Positions 60,655 to 64,000 of a stretch of DNA of 64,000 nucleotides are shown here, piece by piece; the stretch's first letter is position 1, and the number at the start of each line of letters is the position of its first letter. The DNA comes from Eutreptiella sp. 'Long Island Sound 2002' (Eukaryota > Protista > Euglenida): positions 198,710,001-198,774,000 of the forward strand of contig OZ038378.1 in assembly GCA_964036045.1 (NCBI GenBank), in the 5' to 3' direction. The notes below the pieces were generated by a model. It saw nothing but the letters and a program-made list of their open reading frames with translations. It was not told the origin of the DNA and did no database searches. The translations under genes and the position numbers were made by a program.

Positions 60655-63600
60655 CAAGTGCTCCGTCATGAGCGCCCCTGTCCCAGAACCCCCCCCCCCC
60701 CGCCGCCGGCGCACCCCTGTGCACTGAGCCGTGATGGACAGGGACCGGGTGCCAAGGCCCCCTGGGGCGGCACTCCGTCGGGCAAGACTCCACCGCCACG
60801 CCTCCTGCCTACCGCCGCGTGCTGATGGGGATGGGGGACCGTCATCAGTCCCTCGGGACCGGACCACACTACTGGGCCCCGTCGTGTTGGTCCCGGACGA
60901 TGCGCTGCCCGCGAGCAGCCAGTGGCCGGAGCCCGCTGTGCCCCCCCCCCCCCCCGTGTGTGCATCTGGATGCGCATGGTCAACGGCACGCGCAACAGCC
61001 CGTCTCTGGGACAGCTGACCCCCGGAGTAGTCAAACTGGACAAGTCACCCAGGGGCTCTGTTGACACAACCAAAACACGTTCGGACCCACAGAGGGTCGG
61101 AATGTGCAGTGGCAAGAGGCCAATAGGCGCCGCCAAAGGCAAACAAACCAAAACCATAGCCTTGTGCCGAATCCCCCCTTCTCCGCGCAAAATCTCCTCC
61201 CCCGCCCCCCAACGCACTGCTTTTCGCACACAACAGAAGGCGGCACCACCGTACCCCATGACCTCTGTGTACATCTCGGGGCACAACGGAATGCACTGCA
61301 TCACACTGAGCCATGTCCGTGTGTGGGCAGCAGACGAGCACCATGAGTTGGAGGAGTGTGTGCACCAAGGGTTTGAGTGGTCGTTGAGGGAAGTCTGGGA
61401 CTGCGACTTGCGATTACCTCACACTGATGCTTACTGCCCACTGCCGATAATGGATGGCCCTCGATGCCCAGTTGACCGTTGACAGTCGTCTCAGGGCATT
61501 CTGTGATAGAGTGGCAGATTTTGTACGCCTGCTGCCAGGAAAACGACGGTCAGACGGGTCCGGTGCTCAAACCCGTGCTGGCGTGTGAATGCAGACTGGA
61601 TGTACATAACAGCCCTGCCAGCAATAGCAACATCAATCATGGCTGCAATTCACACCAAAACGAACAGCATTGGGTTGCAGTTGCAAGCAGTCGCAAGCGG
61701 GATGTTGGTTTGTATGAGGAGGAACTACCACAAGCATGATCTAGCCCCCTTTTCCCTGTACATTCGAGCCACAACCGCATCACGTTACATTTCTGACCAC
61801 AAGGACCACGGTCAGAAAAAACCACAAGGACCACGGTCAGAAAAAACTAGGAAAAGGAAAGTTAACCGGGTCCCGTGCTTGGACAAGCCGGTGCTTGCGC
61901 AGGGGGAAGGGGGGGTTGGCACAAGGCCTCGGTATCTGATTGTTTGCCTTTGGCGGCGCCTGTTGGGAACGCTTTCCCTGCGGCGCCTGCGGCGCGCCCT
62001 GCGGCGCACAGTTTGGGTAACTATACCAGAATACGGGCGGAATAGTGCCGCATACATAGACACATTTTTTACATACCATTTACCCCCCCCCCCCCCCACA
62101 CCACTTTTTTCTCCTATTTGATTGACATTCCCCTTTTTGGGCCTCTATCTTTCCCAAGTGGTGCATTTGATTCCGTACCCAGTGCGGTGTGGGCCCACAA
62201 GATGGTAGTGGTCGAGCAACCACCTCTGATTTTGTTCCCCGGCTTGACATGGGGGACCCCCAAGACGGCAAAGGTCATGTAGCCATTCCGCCCCCTTTTG
62301 GGCCCCTGAGAAGGGAGGGGTGAGGTAACCAATTTTGATTCTCTCCCCTTATTGGGGACCCCCGACAAGACAGGTGTTACTCGAGTCTTACAAGCTTTGT
62401 TAACCTTCCGGTGCTATTGAGGAAACCGGAGGGACTCTCAATCCACGCTTTATTGCGTGGCCCCTTGAGTTGAGGTTAGGGACTCGCAATCCACGCTTTG
62501 TTGCGTGACCCCTTGAGTTGGGGTTAGGGACTCGCAATCCACGCTTTGTTGTGTGGCCCCTCGAGTTGGGGTTAGGGACTCACAATCCACGGTTTTTTGC
62601 GTGGCCCCTTTAGTTGGGATTCGGGACTCGCAATCCACGCTTTGTTGCGTGCCCCGCGTTGTGTCAACGGAGCCCCTGGATGACTTGTCCGCTGTCCCGG
62701 ACACGGGCTGTTGCGCGTGCCGTTGAACAGGTGCATCCAGATGCACACTCCGAGTCCATGCTGGGTTTGCCGACTCTAGCACTGACTTGAGCGCGCTGGG
62801 GTGTGCATCTGCAGAATAATTTTCCTCACAGGGGCTTCTAACATCCACAATGATTCTTTCCCGTTTTTCCTTTCCTTGTTCTCCTTCTACGCTCCGCACC
62901 GTTTTCAGCGAGCGCGGTTTGCCCTGTCCTGTTACCCTCCTTGGTCCGTCCCTTTCCCCCTGCCCAGTTGCTTCCCCGCCCTCTCCATTCTTGGTGCCCT
63001 TGCATTGGATGGCGGGGGTGCGTGTTGCTGTAGGGAGGGGTTACAAGAGGGGGCGGGGGAGCGGGAGTGGGAGTGGGTTTGTCTCTCCCTTCCCTATCCT
63101 TCCCCTTGAGGAGGGAGATCCTGGCTCAATGGGGCTCCTTGTTGGTGTCGGTGTGCTTGGTGCGGGTGGTTTTGGCCACTTGCTTCTGTTGGCCCACATA
63201 TCCCAGTCTGTCCTGGGCGTAGTTGCATGCTGTTTGCTGGCATGATGGCCTTAGTGGGCGCGGCGGTGGTAGACCATGCACGTAGCCCGCCGTTAGTAGG
63301 GGGGGGAGGGGTACCGCTCCCTTCGAATGGGCCAAAGGCATTCAGCGTCCTTGCACAAGGGGGAGGGGTGTACCAATTGTGGAATGCAAAGTAACGGAAC
63401 ATGGTTTGTTTTTGTTTCTCATTGGATGGCGTGCCGTAGTGCCGATGGTGTAGCATCACTCCGGGGGGCGTTTGCACGTCCTCCTAGTGCCGCGCCGTTT
63501 GTCGCTCAAGTGTGTGTGTCGTGCTCAACTTAGTGTTTGAATTTCAGTCTCCATGGGCTCACCCCTGGTCTACTTTGCTTGCTCTACCACAATGCCCGCA

Positions 63601-64000
63601 AAATGTCCCGCCAGGCCTTTTGATAGCACCTTGGGATAGCAGCTGCGATGAGTATTTCCCGAGCCAAACCGAACGTCACCCCATCCCATGTCCACGCGTG
63701 CCATCCCCCCCCCCCCCTCCCGCCACGCCACTCGACGGCGCTTGAGTCCGGCCGCAAGTCCCTCTTGTGCGCTTGCTGGCGCGCACACTCAGTTGTGTGG
63801 TTGAGGGTGTTAATTGGACAGTCACATCTTGGGAGTGGGACTAGAGGGAGCCCAGCTCCACGGCCCATGTTGCCATTGAAATGGCATCCCATTTCACACT
63901 GCGTGGACAACAAACTGTGTCACTTGCCCTGCACACCACCTTTGACCTCCACCCTCTTGTTCCTCCTGTTGAAGCACATCGGCAAAACACACTGTCTGAA

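Noticed and set aside
61529-61585. Candidate next exon after T (ENDGQTGPVLKPVLA)
   Set aside because: No pore-helix or GGGIGD-like motif was found downstream in the window, so it cannot be supported.

Overview
Eukaryotic, repeat-saturated genomic DNA; the repeat style and poly-G/C tracts suggest a euglenid protist (inference, unverified). The window lies inside one large + strand gene for an inositol-1,4,5-trisphosphate-receptor/ryanodine-receptor-family Ca2+ release channel. I could rebuild 20 consecutive exons (6985-58362, about 5.16 kb, about 1,720 codons) joined in one reading frame by 19 GT-AG introns. They cover RIH/ARM repeats, the RIH-associated region and TM1-TM5; the N-terminal beta-trefoils and the pore/TM6 were not found in the window. 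The introns are packed with hAT-type MITEs (CAGG/CAC termini, several with perfect 8-bp TSDs), hAT transposase remnants, LINE fragments and minisatellites. The top finding is intron 51997-52486, which is essentially one MITE plus its 8-bp TSD CAGGTGGC; the TSD supplies both the GT and the AG, so this is an Introner-type intron gain. Three more introns carry 7-9 bp junction repeats that may be older events of the same kind. Also present are a Penelope-type minimal hammerhead motif, a foldback element made of two tRNA-like arms, and an in-frame exon-to-transposase read-through.
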